A DNA stretch of 64,000 bases from Anaeramoeba ignava BMAN (taxonomy: Eukaryota; Protista; Anaeramoebae), in assembly GCA_028826165.1 (NCBI GenBank), contig JAPDFW010000105.1, forward strand, positions 151,468 to 215,467. Reading direction: 5' to 3'. Below are positions 36,856 to 50,600 of the stretch, in pieces. Position numbers and translations under genes: made by a program. The notes below the pieces were generated by a model that was given only the letters and a program-made list of their open reading frames with translations, did not search any database and was not told where the DNA came from. Numbering within the stretch: the stretch's first letter is position 1; each line of letters begins with the position of its first letter.

Positions 36856-39800
36856 ATGTTTAAATTTAAAATTATTAAAAAAGAATTTGAAAAAGAAATT
36901 TCAAAAGAAACTATTGAATATTTAATTTCAAAAGAAATTCCAATTAATTTCCAAGATAAAAAAGGAAGAAATTTATTACATTTAGCAATTCTTAACAAAG
37001 CATCAATAGAAGTTATTGAATATCTTGTTGAAAAAGGAATTAATATTAATTCAAAAACAAGCCTAAATCAAACAGTTTTACATTTTGCTTGCAAAAAGAA
37101 TACAATTCAAGTTATTAAATATCTTATTGAAAAAGGAATTAATATTAATGAAAAAACAAACTATAATGAAACAGTTTTACATTTTGCTTGCCAAAAGAAT
37201 ACAATCGAAGTTATTAAATTTCTTATTGAAAAAGGAATTAATATTAATTCAAAAACAAGCCTAAATCAAACAGTTTTACATTTAGCTTGCAAAAAGAATA
37301 CAATCGAAGTTATTAAATATCTTATTGAAAAAGGAATTAATATTAATGAAAAAACAAACTATGATGAAACAGCCTTACATTTTGCTTGCCAAAAGAATAC
37401 AATCGAAGCTATCAAATATCTTGTTGAAAAAGGAATTGATATTAATGCTAAAACAAAACTAAATCAAAATGTTTTACATTTTGCTTGCAAAAAGAATGCA
37501 ATTCAAATTATTGAATATTTAATTTCAAAAGGAATTGATATTAATTCTAAAACAATTTATAATGAAACAGCTTTACATTTTGCCTGCCAAAAGAATACAA
37601 TTCAAGTTATTAAATATCTTGTTGAAAAAGGAATTGATATTAATTCAAAAACAATTTATGATCAAAATATCTTACATCATGCTTGTCAATCAAATAAATC
37701 TGTAGAGGTTATTGAATATCTGATTTCAAAAGGAATTGATATTAATGAAAAAACAAAATTTGGTGAAACTGTTCTACATTTTGCTTGTCAATATAACTCA
37801 TCTTTAGAAGTTATTGAATATCTTGTTGAAAAAGGAATTGATATTAATCAAAAAACAATTCATGGTCAAACAATTTTAGATTTAGCTTGCCGTAGCAGCC
37901 AATCATTTGAAGTTATTGAATACTTGATTTATCAAGGAATTGATATTAATTCCAAAACAAATCAAAATCAAAATGCTTTGCATTTGGTTTGTCAAAACAA
38001 TCCATCAATAGAAATTATTGAATACTTAATTTCCAAAGGAGTTGATATTAATGAAAAAACAATTCAAAATGAAACAGTTCTACATTTTTTATGCTACAAA
38101 AATTCCTCATTTGAAGTTATTAAATATCTTGTTGAAAAAGGAATTGATATTAATGAAAAAACAAATAAAAATCAAACAGCTTTACATTTGGCCTGTCAAT
38201 CGAATCCTTCAATTGAAATTATTAAATATCTTGTTGAAAAAGGAATTGATGTTAATGCTAAAACAATTTATGGTCAAAATGCTTTACAAATAATTTTTCA
38301 AAATAATTCTTCTTTTGAAATTATCAAATATCTTGTTGAAAAAGGAATTGATATTAATGAAAAAACAATTCAAAATCAAACAGCTCTACATTTGGCTTGC
38401 CAATCAAATCCCTCTTTAGAAGTTATTAAATATCTAATTGAAAAAGGAATTGACATTAATGAAAAAACAAATCAAAATCAAACAGCTCTACATGTAGCAT
38501 TTCAATATAACTCATCTTTTCAAGTTATTAAATATCTTGTTGAAAAAGGAATTGATATTAATTCAAAAACAAATCAAAATCAAACAGCTTTACATTTAGC
38601 TTGCCAAAGAAATCCTTCACTTGAAATTATTAAATATCTTGTTGAAAAAGGAATTGATATTAATGCTAAAGCAAATCAAAATCAATCAGCTTTTCATTTA
38701 GCTTGTCAAAGCAATTCCTCATTAGAAGTTATCAAATATCTTGTTGAAAAAGGAATTGATATAAATGAAAAAACAATTTACAACCAATCAGCTTTACATT
38801 TAGCTTGTCAAAGTAATCCATCAATAGAAGTTATCAAATATCTAGTTGAAAAAGGAATTGATATTCAAGAAAAAACAAGATTTAACCAAACAGCCTTTAC
38901 ATTTAGCTTGTAATTATAATTCCACACTTGAAGTTATCAAATATCTTGTTGAAAAAGGAATTGATATTAATACCAAAACAAATCAAAACGAAACAGCTTT
39001 ACATTTAGCTTGCCAATACAATTCATCAATCAAAGTTATCAAATTTCTGATTGAAAAGGGAATTGATATTAATGTTAAGACAAATCAAAATCAAACTGCC
39101 TTACATTTAATTTGTCAGTATAATCCATCAATAGAAATTATTAAATATCTTATTGAAAAAGGAATTGATATTAATGCCAAAACATATCAAAACCAAACAG
39201 CTTTACATTTAGCTTGCCAATCAAATTCCTCTTTTAAAGTTATTAAATATCTTGTTGAAAAGGGAATTGATATCAATCAAAAAACAAATTACAATCAAAC
39301 AGTTTTACATTTTGCTTGCCAGAATAATTCCTCATTTGAAATTATTAAATATCTTGTTGAAAAGGAATTAATATTAATATTAAAACAAATTATAATGAAA
39401 CAGTTTTACATTTTGCTTGCCAAAATAATTCATCAATAGAAATTATTAAATATCTTGTTGAAAAGGGAATTGATATTAATGCAAAAACAAATCATAATCA
39501 AACAGCTTTACATTTAGCATGTCAAACAAATTCCTCATTTGAAATTATCAAATATCTTGTTGAAAAAGGAATTGATATTAATACTAAAACAGATCGAAAT
39601 GAAACAGTTTTACATTTTGCTTGCCAAAACAATTTATCTTTAGAAGTTATTAAATATTTTGTTGAAAAAGGAATTGATATTAATGCAAAAACAAATCAAA
39701 ATGAAACTGCTCTTTCAATTTCAATTCAAAGAAATAAATTTAATATAGTTAAAATTTTATTACAAAACAAAGTAAATATTTATGATTTACAAGAAAATGA

Positions 39801-40638
39801 AATTAAAAAAGAATTTATTGATTCATTTATTCAAATTTATTCACTTAATCATGATTTAAACAATTTATTAAATTCAAATGATAATTTTTCAGATTTAGAA
39901 ATTAAATCAATTGATGGTTTTAAATTTAAAGTTCATAAATTAATTTTATTAACAAGATTTGATAATAATAATTTAATTTTACAAAAATTTATTAATAATT
40001 GTTCTTATAAAACCAAAGAAGAAATTAAAATTATTATTAATTTCATTTATACTGGATTTCCTGATTTTGAAAAAATTATTGAAATATTAAATCAACAAAT
40101 GAATAAAAATTTAAAAGAAAATCAAAATCAAAATCAAAATCAAAATAGAAATCGAAGAATGAGAGGGTTAATAAATATAAGAAGAATAAGAGAAATTAAT
40201 GAAGAAAAAAGAATATTTAAAGAAATTGAAGAAAATGAAAATAAAATAAATGAATTTTTTAAAGAAATTGGAATTGATTCAAAATGGATTGAAAACAAAA
40301 AAAGAAGAAAAGGAATAATAAAAGATTTATCAAAATTATATAAAGAAAATGAAACAAAAGATTTTAAAATAATAATTTCAGAAGAAAAAGAAATTAAAGT
40401 TCATAAATTAATATTATTTTTAAGAAGTGAATTATTTAAAGGAATGTTTTTAAGTGTTTCAGATACATCAAATCAAGTTCATGATTATTCAAGAAAATCA
40501 AATGAATCAATTCAACAATTAATTTATTTTCTTTATCATGATAAATTTGAAAAAGAAATTAATTCCAAAATTATTGAAGAAGTTGAAGAATTAAAAGATT
40601 ATTATCAATTAAATCAAAATTCAAAATTTTTCATTTAA
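36856..40638 (+). CDS. ANK-BTB-BTB array copy A (about 28 repeats); apparent frameshifts near 38893 and 39365
   Basis: ORF pieces 36856-38913, 38846-39439 and a frame continuing to 40638 form one collinear ANK + double-BTB gene ending YYQLNQNSKFFI*. Confidence 0.85.
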
Positions 40639-40715
40639 AATTTAAAAAACCAAAAACTATTAAAACAAATTTATTTTTTCATTTTTCATTTTTCATTTTT
40701 CATTTTTTTAATAAA

Positions 40716-42983
40716 ATGAATATTTTTCAAAATAAAAACATTTCAAATAAAGAAAAAGAAAAAATTAAAATTATTAAAAAAGAATTTGAAAAAGAAATTT
40801 CAAAAGAAACTATTGAATATTTAATTTCAAAAGAAATTTCAATTAATTTTCAAGATAAAAAAGGAAGAAATTTATTACATTTTGCAATTCTTAATAAAGC
40901 ATCAATAGAAGTTATTGAATATTTAATTTCAAAAGGAATTAATATTAATTCAAAAACAAACCAAAATCAAACAGTTTTACATATTGCTTGCAAAAAGAAT
41001 TCCTCATTTGAAGTTATTAAATATCTTGTTGAAAAAGGAATTAGTATTAATGAAAAAACAATTTATGAAGAAACAGCTTTACATTTTGCTTGCGATCACA
41101 AATTATCATTTGAAATTATCAAATATCTTGTTGAAAAAGGAATTGATATTAATGAAAAAACAGATCAAAACGAAACAGCTTTACATTTTGTTTGTCAATA
41201 TAATCCTTCTTTTGAAATTATTAAATATCTTGTTGAAAAAGGTTCTGATATTAATGCAAAAACAAAATTTAACCAGAATGCTTTACATTTAGCTTGCAAC
41301 CATAATCCATCTTTGGAAGTTATTAAATATCTTGTTGAAAAAGGAATTGATATTAATGAAAAAACAAAGCAAAATCAAACTGCTTTACATATTGCTTGCA
41401 ATCATAAACCATCTCTTGAAGTTATTAAATATCTTGTTGAAAAAGGGATTGATATTAATGCTAAAACAAACGAAAATCAAACTGCTTTACATATTGCTTG
41501 CCAAACAAATTCACCTCTTGAAGTTATTGAATATTTGATTTCCAAAGGAGTTGATATTAATGCCAAAACATATCAAAACCAAACAGCTTTACATTTTGCT
41601 TGCCAATATAATCTATCATTTGAAATTATTAAATATCTTGTTGAAAAAGGGATTGATATTAATACTAAAACAAACGAAAATCAAACTGCTTTACATTTTG
41701 TTTGTAATAATACTTCCTCATTAGAAGTTATTAAATATCTTATTGAAAAAGGAATTGATATTAATGAAAAAAATATTTATAATGAAACAGTTTTACATAT
41801 AGCTTGTCAAAGCAAACTAACATTAGAAGTTATTGAATATCTTGTTGAAAAGGGAATTGATATTAATGCTAAAACAAATCAAAATGAAACTGCTTTACAT
41901 GTTACTTGTGAATATAATCCTTCTTTTGAAGTTATTAAATATCTTGTTGAAAAAGGAATTGATATTAATGAAAAAACAAATCAAAACCAAACAGTTTTAC
42001 ATATTGCTTGCCATTACAATTTATCATCAGAAATTATCAAATATCTTGTTGAAAAAGGAATTGATATTAATACTAAAACAAATCAAAATGAAACTGCTCT
42101 TTCAATTTCAATTCAAAGAAATAAATTTAATATAGTTAAAATTTTATTACAAAATGAAGTAAATATTTATGATTTACAAGAAAATGAAATTAAAAAAGAA
42201 TTTATTGATTCATTTATTCAAATTTATTCACTTAATCATGATTTAAACAATTTATTAAATTCAAATGATAATTTTTCAGATTTCACAATTAAATCAATTG
42301 ATGGTTTTAAATTTAAAGTTCATAAATTAATTTTATTAACAAGATTTGATAATAATAATTTAATTTTACAAAAATTTATTAATAATTGTTCTTATAAAAC
42401 CAAAGAAGAAATTAAAATTATTATTAATTTCATTTATACTGGATTTCCTGATTTTGAAAAAATTATTGAAATATTAAATCAACAAATGAATAAAAATTTA
42501 AAAGAAAATCGAAATCAATTTTATTGGGGAAGAAGAGAAATTAAAGAAGAAAAAAGAATATTTAAAGAAATTGAAGAAAATGAAAATAAAATAAATGAAT
42601 TTTTTAAAGAAATTGAAATTGATTCAAAATGGATTGAAAACAAAAAAGGAAGAAAAGGAATAATAAAAGATTTATCAAAATTATATAAAGAAAATGAAAC
42701 AAAAGATTTTAAAATAATAATTTCAGAAGAAAAAGAAATTAAAGTTCATAAATTAATATTATTTTTAAGAAGTGAATTATTTAAAGGAATGTTTTTAAGT
42801 GTTTCAGATACATCAAATCAAGTTCATGATTATTCAAGAAAATCAAATGAATCAATTCAACAATTAATTTATTTTCTTTATCATGATAAATTTGAAAAAG
42901 AAATTAATTCCAAAATTATTGAAGAAGTTGAAGAATTAAAAGATTATTATCAATTAAATCAAAATTCAAAATTTTTCATTTAA
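40716..42983 (+). CDS. ANK-BTB-BTB array copy B (intact, 755 aa, about 13 repeats)
   Basis: Single ORF with 34-aa ankyrin repeats, then SDFTIKSIDGFKFKVHKLIL and KDFKI...KVHKLILFLRSELFKGMF. Confidence 0.93.
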   Translation: MNIFQNKNISNKEKEKIKIIKKEFEKEISKETIEYLISKEISINFQDKKGRNLLHFAILNKASIEVIEYLISKGININSKTNQNQTVLHIACKKNSSFEVIKYLVEKGISINEKTIYEETALHFACDHKLSFEIIKYLVEKGIDINEKTDQNETALHFVCQYNPSFEIIKYLVEKGSDINAKTKFNQNALHLACNHNPSLEVIKYLVEKGIDINEKTKQNQTALHIACNHKPSLEVIKYLVEKGIDINAKTNENQTALHIACQTNSPLEVIEYLISKGVDINAKTYQNQTALHFACQYNLSFEIIKYLVEKGIDINTKTNENQTALHFVCNNTSSLEVIKYLIEKGIDINEKNIYNETVLHIACQSKLTLEVIEYLVEKGIDINAKTNQNETALHVTCEYNPSFEVIKYLVEKGIDINEKTNQNQTVLHIACHYNLSSEIIKYLVEKGIDINTKTNQNETALSISIQRNKFNIVKILLQNEVNIYDLQENEIKKEFIDSFIQIYSLNHDLNNLLNSNDNFSDFTIKSIDGFKFKVHKLILLTRFDNNNLILQKFINNCSYKTKEEIKIIINFIYTGFPDFEKIIEILNQQMNKNLKENRNQFYWGRREIKEEKRIFKEIEENENKINEFFKEIEIDSKWIENKKGRKGIIKDLSKLYKENETKDFKIIISEEKEIKVHKLILFLRSELFKGMFLSVSDTSNQVHDYSRKSNESIQQLIYFLYHDKFEKEINSKIIEEVEELKDYYQLNQNSKFFI

Positions 42984-43051
42984 AATTTAAAAACAAGAAA
43001 TTTAAAACAAATTTATTTTTTTCATTTTTCATTTTTCATTTTTTTAATAAA

Positions 43052-46000
43052 ATGAATATTTTTCAAAATAAAAACATTTCAAATAAAGAAAAAGAAAAAA
43101 TTAAAATTATTAAAAAAGAATTTGAAAAAGAAATTTCAAAAGAAACTATTGAATATTTAATTTCCAAAGAAATTTCAATTAATTTTCAAGATAAAAAAGG
43201 AAGAAATTTATTACATTTTGCAATTCTTAATAAAGCATCAATAGAAGTTATTGAATATTTAATTTCAAAAGGAATTAATATTAATTCAAAAACAAACCAA
43301 AATGAAAATGTTTTACATTTTTCTTGCCAAAAGAATACAATTCAAGTTATTGAATATCTTGTTGAAAAAGGAATTGATATTAATGAAAAAACAAAACAAA
43401 ATGAAACTGTTTTACATTATGCTTGCCAAAATAATACAATTCAAGTTATTGAACATCTAATTTCAAAAGGAATTGATATTAATGAAAAAACAAAAGAAAA
43501 TCAAACAGTTTTACATTCTGCTTGTAAAAAGAATACAATTCAAGTTATTGAATATTTAATTTCAAAAGGACTTGATATTAATGAAAAAACAAAACAAGGT
43601 CAAACAGCTTTACATTATGCTTGTCGATTCAATTCAATAGAGGTTATTAAATATCTTGTTTCAAAAGGAATTGATATTAATACTAAAACAAAGCAAAATC
43701 AAACAATTTTACATTATGCTTGCCAAAAGAATTCATCAATAGAAGTTATCAAATATCTTATTTCAAAAGGAATTCGTATCGATACCAAAACAAGTTATGG
43801 TGAAACTGTTTTACATTATGCTTGCCAAAGCAATCCATCAATAGAAGTTATCAAATATCTTGTTGAAAAAGGAATTGCTATTAAATCAAAAACATATCAA
43901 AATCAAACAGTTTTACATTATGCTTGCCAAACAAATTCACCTCTTGAAGTTATTGAATATTTGATTTCCAAAGGAATTGATATTAATGCTAAATCAATTT
44001 ATGGTCAAAATGCTTTACATTTTGCTTGTCAAATTAATTCATCATTTGAAGTTATTAAATATCTTGTTGAAAAAGGAATTGATATTAATTCCAAAACAAA
44101 ACAAAATCAAACAGCTTTACATTTTGCTTGTCAAATTAATTCATCTCTTGGAATTATTAAATATCTTGTTGAAAAAGGAATCGATATTAATACCAAAACA
44201 AAACAAAATGAAACAATTTTACATTATGCTTGCAAAACAAATTCTTCAATAGAAATTATTGAATATTTAATTGAAAAAGGAATTGATATCAATGAGAAAA
44301 CAAAACAAAATCAATCTGCTTTGCATTTTGCTTGCCAAACAAATTCTTCATTAGAAGTTATTAAATATCTTATTGAAAAAGGAATTGATATTAATTCAAA
44401 AACAATTCAAAATGAAACAGTTTTACATTCTGCTTGCCAATACAATTCATCAATAGAAGTTATTAAATACCTAATTGAAAAAGGAATCGATATTAATTCC
44501 AAAACAAAACAAAATGAAACTGCTTTACATTATGCTTGTCGATCAAATCCATCTTTTGAAGTTATTAAATATCTTATTGAAAAAGGGATTGATATTAATA
44601 CTAAAACAAGTTATGGTCAAACAGCTTTACATTTTGCTTGTCAAATTAATCCATATTTTGAAGTTATTAAATATCTTATTGAAAAAGGAATTGATATTAA
44701 TGCCAAAACAAATCAAAATGAAAATGCTTTAAATTTAGCTTGCCAACATAATTCATCAATAGAAATTATCAAATATCTTATTGAAAAAGGAATTGATATT
44801 AATAATAAAACAATTCAAAACAAAACAATTTTACATTATGCTTGCCAATCGAATTCATCAATAGAAATTGTTGAATATTTTATTTCAAAAGGAATTGATA
44901 TTAATGAAAAAACAAAACAAAATGAAACAGTTTTACATTTAGCTTGCCAACATAATTCACCAATAGAAATTATTGAATATTTTGTTGAAAAAGGAATTGA
45001 TATTAATGAAAAAACAATTCAAAATGAAACAGCTTTACATTTAGCTTGTAATTACAATGCATCTCTTGAAGTTATTGACTTTCTTGTTAAAAAAGGAATT
45101 GATATTAATGCAAAAACTCGTTATGGTCAAACAGCTTTACATTTAGCTTGTCAATCGAATCCATCAATTGAAGTTATTAAATATCTTGTTGAAAAAGGAA
45201 TTGATATTAATGAAAAAACAAATCAAAAGGAAACAGCTTTGCATTATGCTTGTAATTATAACTCATCAATTGAAACTATTGAATATTTGATTTCAAAAGG
45301 AATTGATATTAATGCTAAATCAAATTATGGTCAAAATGCTTTTCATTTAGCTTGTCAAAACAACTCCTCTTTACAAGCTATTAAATATCTTATTGAAAAA
45401 GGAATTGATATTAATACTAAAACAGATGAAAATCAAACTGCCTTGCATTTAGTTTGCCAATCAAATTCATCAATAGAAGTTATTAAATATCTTGTTGAAA
45501 AAGGAATTGATATTAATGCTAAAACAAATTATGGTCAAAATGCTTTACATTTAATTTGTCAATACAATGCCCCTTTGGAAGTTATTGAATATCTTGTTGA
45601 AAAAGGAATTGATATTAATACCAAAACAAATGAAAATCAAAATGCTTTACATTTGGTTTGCCAATATAGTTCATCAATAGAAATTATTAAATATCTTGTT
45701 GAAAAAGGAATTGATATTAATGAAAAAACAAAACAAAATCAAAATGTTTTACATTTAGTTTGTCAATACAATTCCTCAATTGACGTTATTAAATATCTTG
45801 TTGAAAAAGGAATTGATATTAATGAAAAAACAAACCAAAACCAAACAGTTTTACATTTAGCATGTCGAAACAATCCATCAATTGAAGTTATCAAATATTT
45901 TGTTGAAAAAGGAATTGATATTCAAGAAAAAACAAAATACGGTCAAACTGCTTTACATTTAGCTTGCCAACTTAACCCATCATTTGAAGTTATTAAATAT

Positions 46001-47551
46001 CTTGTTGAAAAAGGAATTGATATTAATTCAAAAACAGATCAAAATCAAACAGCCTTACATTATGCTTGCCAATCAAAGTCCTCAATAGAAATTATTAAAT
46101 ATCTTGTTGAAAAAGGAATTGATATTAATGCCAAAACAAAATATGGTCAAACTATTTTACATTTAGCTTGCCAAAACAATCCATCAATAGAAGTTATTAA
46201 ATATCTTGTTGAAAAAGAAGTTGATATTAATGCCAAAACAGATCGAAACCAAACAGCTTTACATATAGTTTGCCAATCAAATTCCTCATTTGAAGTTATT
46301 AAATATCTTGTTGAAAAAGGAATTGATATTAATGCAAAAACAAATGGAAATGAAACAGTTTTACATATAGCTTGTCAAAATAATTCCTCATTTGAAGTTA
46401 TTAAATATCTTATTGAAAAAGGAATTGATATTAATGCTAAAACAAACAAAAATGAAACTGCTTTACATTTAGCTTGCCAGTTAAATACATCTGTTGAAAT
46501 TATTAAATATCTTGTTTCCAAAGGAATTGATATTAATACTAAAACAAATCAAAATAAAACAGTTTTACATTTTGCTTGTCAATACAATTTATCTTTAGAA
46601 GTTATCAAATATCTTGTTGAAAAAGGAATTGATATTAATGCAAAAACAAATCGAAATGAAACTGCTCTTTCAATTTCAATTCAAAGAAATAATTTTAATA
46701 TAGTTAAAATTTTATTACAAAATGAAGTAAATATTTATGATTTACAAGAAAATGAAATTAAAAAAGAATTTATTGATTCATTTATTCAAATTTATTCACT
46801 TAATCATGATTTAAATAATTTATTAAATTCAAATGATAATTTTTCAGATTTAGAAATTAAATCAATTGATGGTTTTAAATTTAAAGTTCATAAATTAATT
46901 TTATTAACAAGATTTGATAATAATAATTTAATTTTACAAAAATTTATTAATAATTGTTCTTATAAAACCAAAGAAGAAATTAAAATTATTATTAATTTCA
47001 TTTATACTGGATTTCCTGATTTTGAAAAAATTATTGAAATATTAAATCAACAAATGAATAAAAATTTAAAAGAAAATCGAAATAAATTTTATTTGGGAAG
47101 AAGAGAATTTAGAGAAAAAAAAAGAATATTAAAAGAAATTGAAGAAAATGAAAATAAAATAAAAGAATTTTTTAAAGAAATTGAAATTGATTCAAAATGG
47201 ATTGAAAACAAAAAAAGAAGAAAAGGAATAATAAAAGATTTATCAAAATTATATCAACAAAATGAAACAAAAGATTTTAAAATAATAATTTCAGAAGAAA
47301 AAGAAATTAAAGTTCATAAATTAATATTATTTTTAAGAAGTGAATTATTTAAAGGAATGTTTTTAAGTGTTTCAGATACATCAAATCAAGTTCATGATTA
47401 TTCAAAAAAATCCAATGAATCAATTCAACAATTAATTTATTTTCTTTATCATGATAAATTTGAAAAAGAAATTAATTCCAAAATTATTGAAGAAGTTGAA
47501 GAATTAAAAGATTATTATCAATTAAATCAAAATTCAAAATTTTTCATTTAA
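43052..47551 (+). CDS. ANK-BTB-BTB array copy C (intact, 1499 aa, about 35 repeats)
   Basis: Single ORF; N-cap identical to copy B and C-terminal BTB region near-identical. Confidence 0.93.
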   Translation: MNIFQNKNISNKEKEKIKIIKKEFEKEISKETIEYLISKEISINFQDKKGRNLLHFAILNKASIEVIEYLISKGININSKTNQNENVLHFSCQKNTIQVIEYLVEKGIDINEKTKQNETVLHYACQNNTIQVIEHLISKGIDINEKTKENQTVLHSACKKNTIQVIEYLISKGLDINEKTKQGQTALHYACRFNSIEVIKYLVSKGIDINTKTKQNQTILHYACQKNSSIEVIKYLISKGIRIDTKTSYGETVLHYACQSNPSIEVIKYLVEKGIAIKSKTYQNQTVLHYACQTNSPLEVIEYLISKGIDINAKSIYGQNALHFACQINSSFEVIKYLVEKGIDINSKTKQNQTALHFACQINSSLGIIKYLVEKGIDINTKTKQNETILHYACKTNSSIEIIEYLIEKGIDINEKTKQNQSALHFACQTNSSLEVIKYLIEKGIDINSKTIQNETVLHSACQYNSSIEVIKYLIEKGIDINSKTKQNETALHYACRSNPSFEVIKYLIEKGIDINTKTSYGQTALHFACQINPYFEVIKYLIEKGIDINAKTNQNENALNLACQHNSSIEIIKYLIEKGIDINNKTIQNKTILHYACQSNSSIEIVEYFISKGIDINEKTKQNETVLHLACQHNSPIEIIEYFVEKGIDINEKTIQNETALHLACNYNASLEVIDFLVKKGIDINAKTRYGQTALHLACQSNPSIEVIKYLVEKGIDINEKTNQKETALHYACNYNSSIETIEYLISKGIDINAKSNYGQNAFHLACQNNSSLQAIKYLIEKGIDINTKTDENQTALHLVCQSNSSIEVIKYLVEKGIDINAKTNYGQNALHLICQYNAPLEVIEYLVEKGIDINTKTNENQNALHLVCQYSSSIEIIKYLVEKGIDINEKTKQNQNVLHLVCQYNSSIDVIKYLVEKGIDINEKTNQNQTVLHLACRNNPSIEVIKYFVEKGIDIQEKTKYGQTALHLACQLNPSFEVIKYLVEKGIDINSKTDQNQTALHYACQSKSSIEIIKYLVEKGIDINAKTKYGQTILHLACQNNPSIEVIKYLVEKEVDINAKTDRNQTALHIVCQSNSSFEVIKYLVEKGIDINAKTNGNETVLHIACQNNSSFEVIKYLIEKGIDINAKTNKNETALHLACQLNTSVEIIKYLVSKGIDINTKTNQNKTVLHFACQYNLSLEVIKYLVEKGIDINAKTNRNETALSISIQRNNFNIVKILLQNEVNIYDLQENEIKKEFIDSFIQIYSLNHDLNNLLNSNDNFSDLEIKSIDGFKFKVHKLILLTRFDNNNLILQKFINNCSYKTKEEIKIIINFIYTGFPDFEKIIEILNQQMNKNLKENRNKFYLGRREFREKKRILKEIEENENKIKEFFKEIEIDSKWIENKKRRKGIIKDLSKLYQQNETKDFKIIISEEKEIKVHKLILFLRSELFKGMFLSVSDTSNQVHDYSKKSNESIQQLIYFLYHDKFEKEINSKIIEEVEELKDYYQLNQNSKFFI

Positions 47552-47629
47552 AATTTAAAAAACAAAAACTATTAAAACAAATTTCCAAAAAAAAAAAATT
47601 TATTTTTCATTTTTCATTTTTTTAATAAA

Positions 47630-50600
47630 ATGAATATTTTTCAAAATAAAAACATTTCAAATAAAGAAAAAGAAAAAATTAAAATTATTAAAAAAGAATT
47701 TGAAAAAGAAATTTCAAAAGAAACTATTGAATATTTAATTTCAAAAGAAATTTCAATTAATTTTCAAGATACAAAAGGAAGAAATTTATTACATTTTGCA
47801 ATTCTTAATAAAGCATCAATAGAAATTATTGAATATTTAATTTCAAAAGGAATTTATTAATTCAAAACAAAACAAAATGAAACAGTTTTACATTTTGCTT
47901 GCCAAAAGAATACAATTCAAGTTATTGAATATCTTATTGAAAAAGGAATTGATATTAATGAAAAAACAAAACGAAATGAAACAATATTACATTTTGCTTG
48001 CCAAAAGAATACAATTCAAGTTATTAAATATCTTGTTGAAAAAGGAATTGATATTAATTCAAAAACAAAACAAAATGAAACAGTTTTACATTTTGCTTGT
48101 CAAAATAATACAATTCAAGTTATTAAATATCTTGTTGAAAAAGGAATTGATATTAATGAAAAAACAAAATCAAAATGAAACAGTTTTACATTATGCTTGT
48201 AAAAAGAATACAATTCAAGTTATTAAATATCTTGTTGAAAAAGGAATTGATATTAATTCAAAAACAAAACAAAATGAAACAGTTTTACATTTTGCTTGTA
48301 AAAAGAATACAATTCAAGTTATTGAATACTTAATTTCAAAAGGAATAGATATTAATTCAAAAACAAAACAAAATGAAAATGCTTTACATTATGCTTGCCA
48401 AAATAATACAATAGAGGTTATTGAATATTTAATTTCAAAAGGAATTAATATTAATTCAAAAACAAAACAAAATCAAACAATATTACATTTTGCTTGCCAA
48501 AATAATTCAATTCAAGTTATTGAACATCTAATTTCAAAAGGAATTGATATTAATTCAAAAACAAAACAAAATGAAAATGTTTTACATTATGCTTGCCAAA
48601 ATAATTCAATTCAAGTTATTGAATACTTAATTTCAAAAGGAATTGATATTAATTCAAAAACAAAACAAAATGAAACAGTTTTACATTATGCTTGTCGTAT
48701 CAATCCATCAATTGAGGTTATTGAATACTTAATTTCCAAAAGGACTTGATATTAATTCCAAAACAAAACAAAATGAAACAGTTTTACATTTTGCTTGTCG
48801 TATCAATCCATCAATTGAGGTTATTGAATATTTATTTTCCAAAGGAGCAAATATTAATTCAAAAACAAAACAAAATGAAAATATATTACATTTTGTTTGT
48901 CAAAGCAATCCATCAATAGAAGTTATTGAATATTTAATTGAAAAAGGATTTGATATTAATGAGAAAACAAAATATGGCCAAACAGTTTTACATTTTGCTT
49001 GTCGTAACAATCCATCAATAGAAGTTATTGAATATTTATTTTCCAAAGGAGGTTATATTGATGAGAAAACAAGTCAAAACGAGAATCTTTTACATTTTGC
49101 TTGTCGTAACAATCCATCAATAGAAGTTATTGAATATTTATTTTCCAAAGGAGGTTATATTGATGAGAAAACAAGTCAAAACGAGAATCTTTTACATTTA
49201 TCTTGCCAAATCAATCCATCAATAGAAGTTATTGAATATTTTATTTCAAAAGGATTTGATATTAATGAGAAAACAAAATATGGCCAAACAGCTTTACATT
49301 TTGCTTGCCAATACAATTCAAATTTAGAAATTATCAAATATTTAATTTCCAAAGGAGCTGATATTAATGCAAAAACAAATCAAAATCAAACAGTTTTACA
49401 TTTTGCTTGTAATTACAATCCATCAATTCAAGTTATTGAATATTTTATTTCAAAAGGAATTGATCTTAATTCCAAAACAGCTTACGGTCAAACAGCTTTA
49501 CATTTTGCTTGCCAATACAATTCGTCATTTGAAGTTATTAAATATCTTATTTCCAAAGAGGCTGATATTAATGCTAAAACAAATCAAAATGAAAATGTTT
49601 TACATTTATCTTGCCAAATCAATCCATCAATAGAAGTTATTGAATATTTGATTTCAAAAGGAATTAATATCAATTCAAAAACAGCTTATGGTCAAACAGC
49701 TTTACATTATGCTTGTCAAAACAATTCAAATTTAGAAATTATCAAATGTCTAATTGAAAAAGGAATTGATATTAATACTAAAACAATTCAAAAACAAACA
49801 GTTTTACATTATGCTTGTCGACATAATTCATCTTTTGAAGTTATTAAATATCTTGTTGAAAAAGGAGTTGATATTAATGCAAAAACAAATCAAAATCAAA
49901 CAGTTTTACATTTAGCTTGCGAAAATAATCCATCTTTGGAAGTTATTGAATACCTTGTTGAAAAAGGAATTGATATTAATACCAAAACAAATCAAAATCA
50001 AACAGTTTTACATTATGCTTGTCAAAAAAATTCATCAATTGAAGTTATTAAATATTTAATTGAAAAAGGAATTGATATTAATACCAAAACAAATCAAAAC
50101 GAAACAGCTTTACACTATGCTTGCCAAAATGGTTCATCACTAGAAGTTATTAAATATCTTGTTTCCAAAGGAATTGATATTAATGAAAAAACAAAACAAA
50201 ATCAAACAGCTTTACATTCTGCTTGCCAATACAATTCATCAATAGAAGTTATTAAATATCTTGTTGAAAAAGGAATTGATATTAATTCCAAAACAAACCA
50301 AAATGAAACAGTTTTACATTTTGCTTGCCAACATAATTCATCAATAGAAATTATTGAATACCTTGTTGAAAAAGGAATTGATATTAATACCAAAACAAAT
50401 TATGGTCAAACAGTCTTACATTTTGCTTGCCAAAACAATTCATCAATAGAAGTTATTAAATACCTAATTGAAAAAGGAATTGATATTAATGCCAAAACAA
50501 ATCAAAATGAAAATGCTTTAAATTTTGCTTGTAACTACAATACATATCTTGATATTATTGAATATCTTGTTGAAAAAGGAATTGATATTAATAATAAAAC

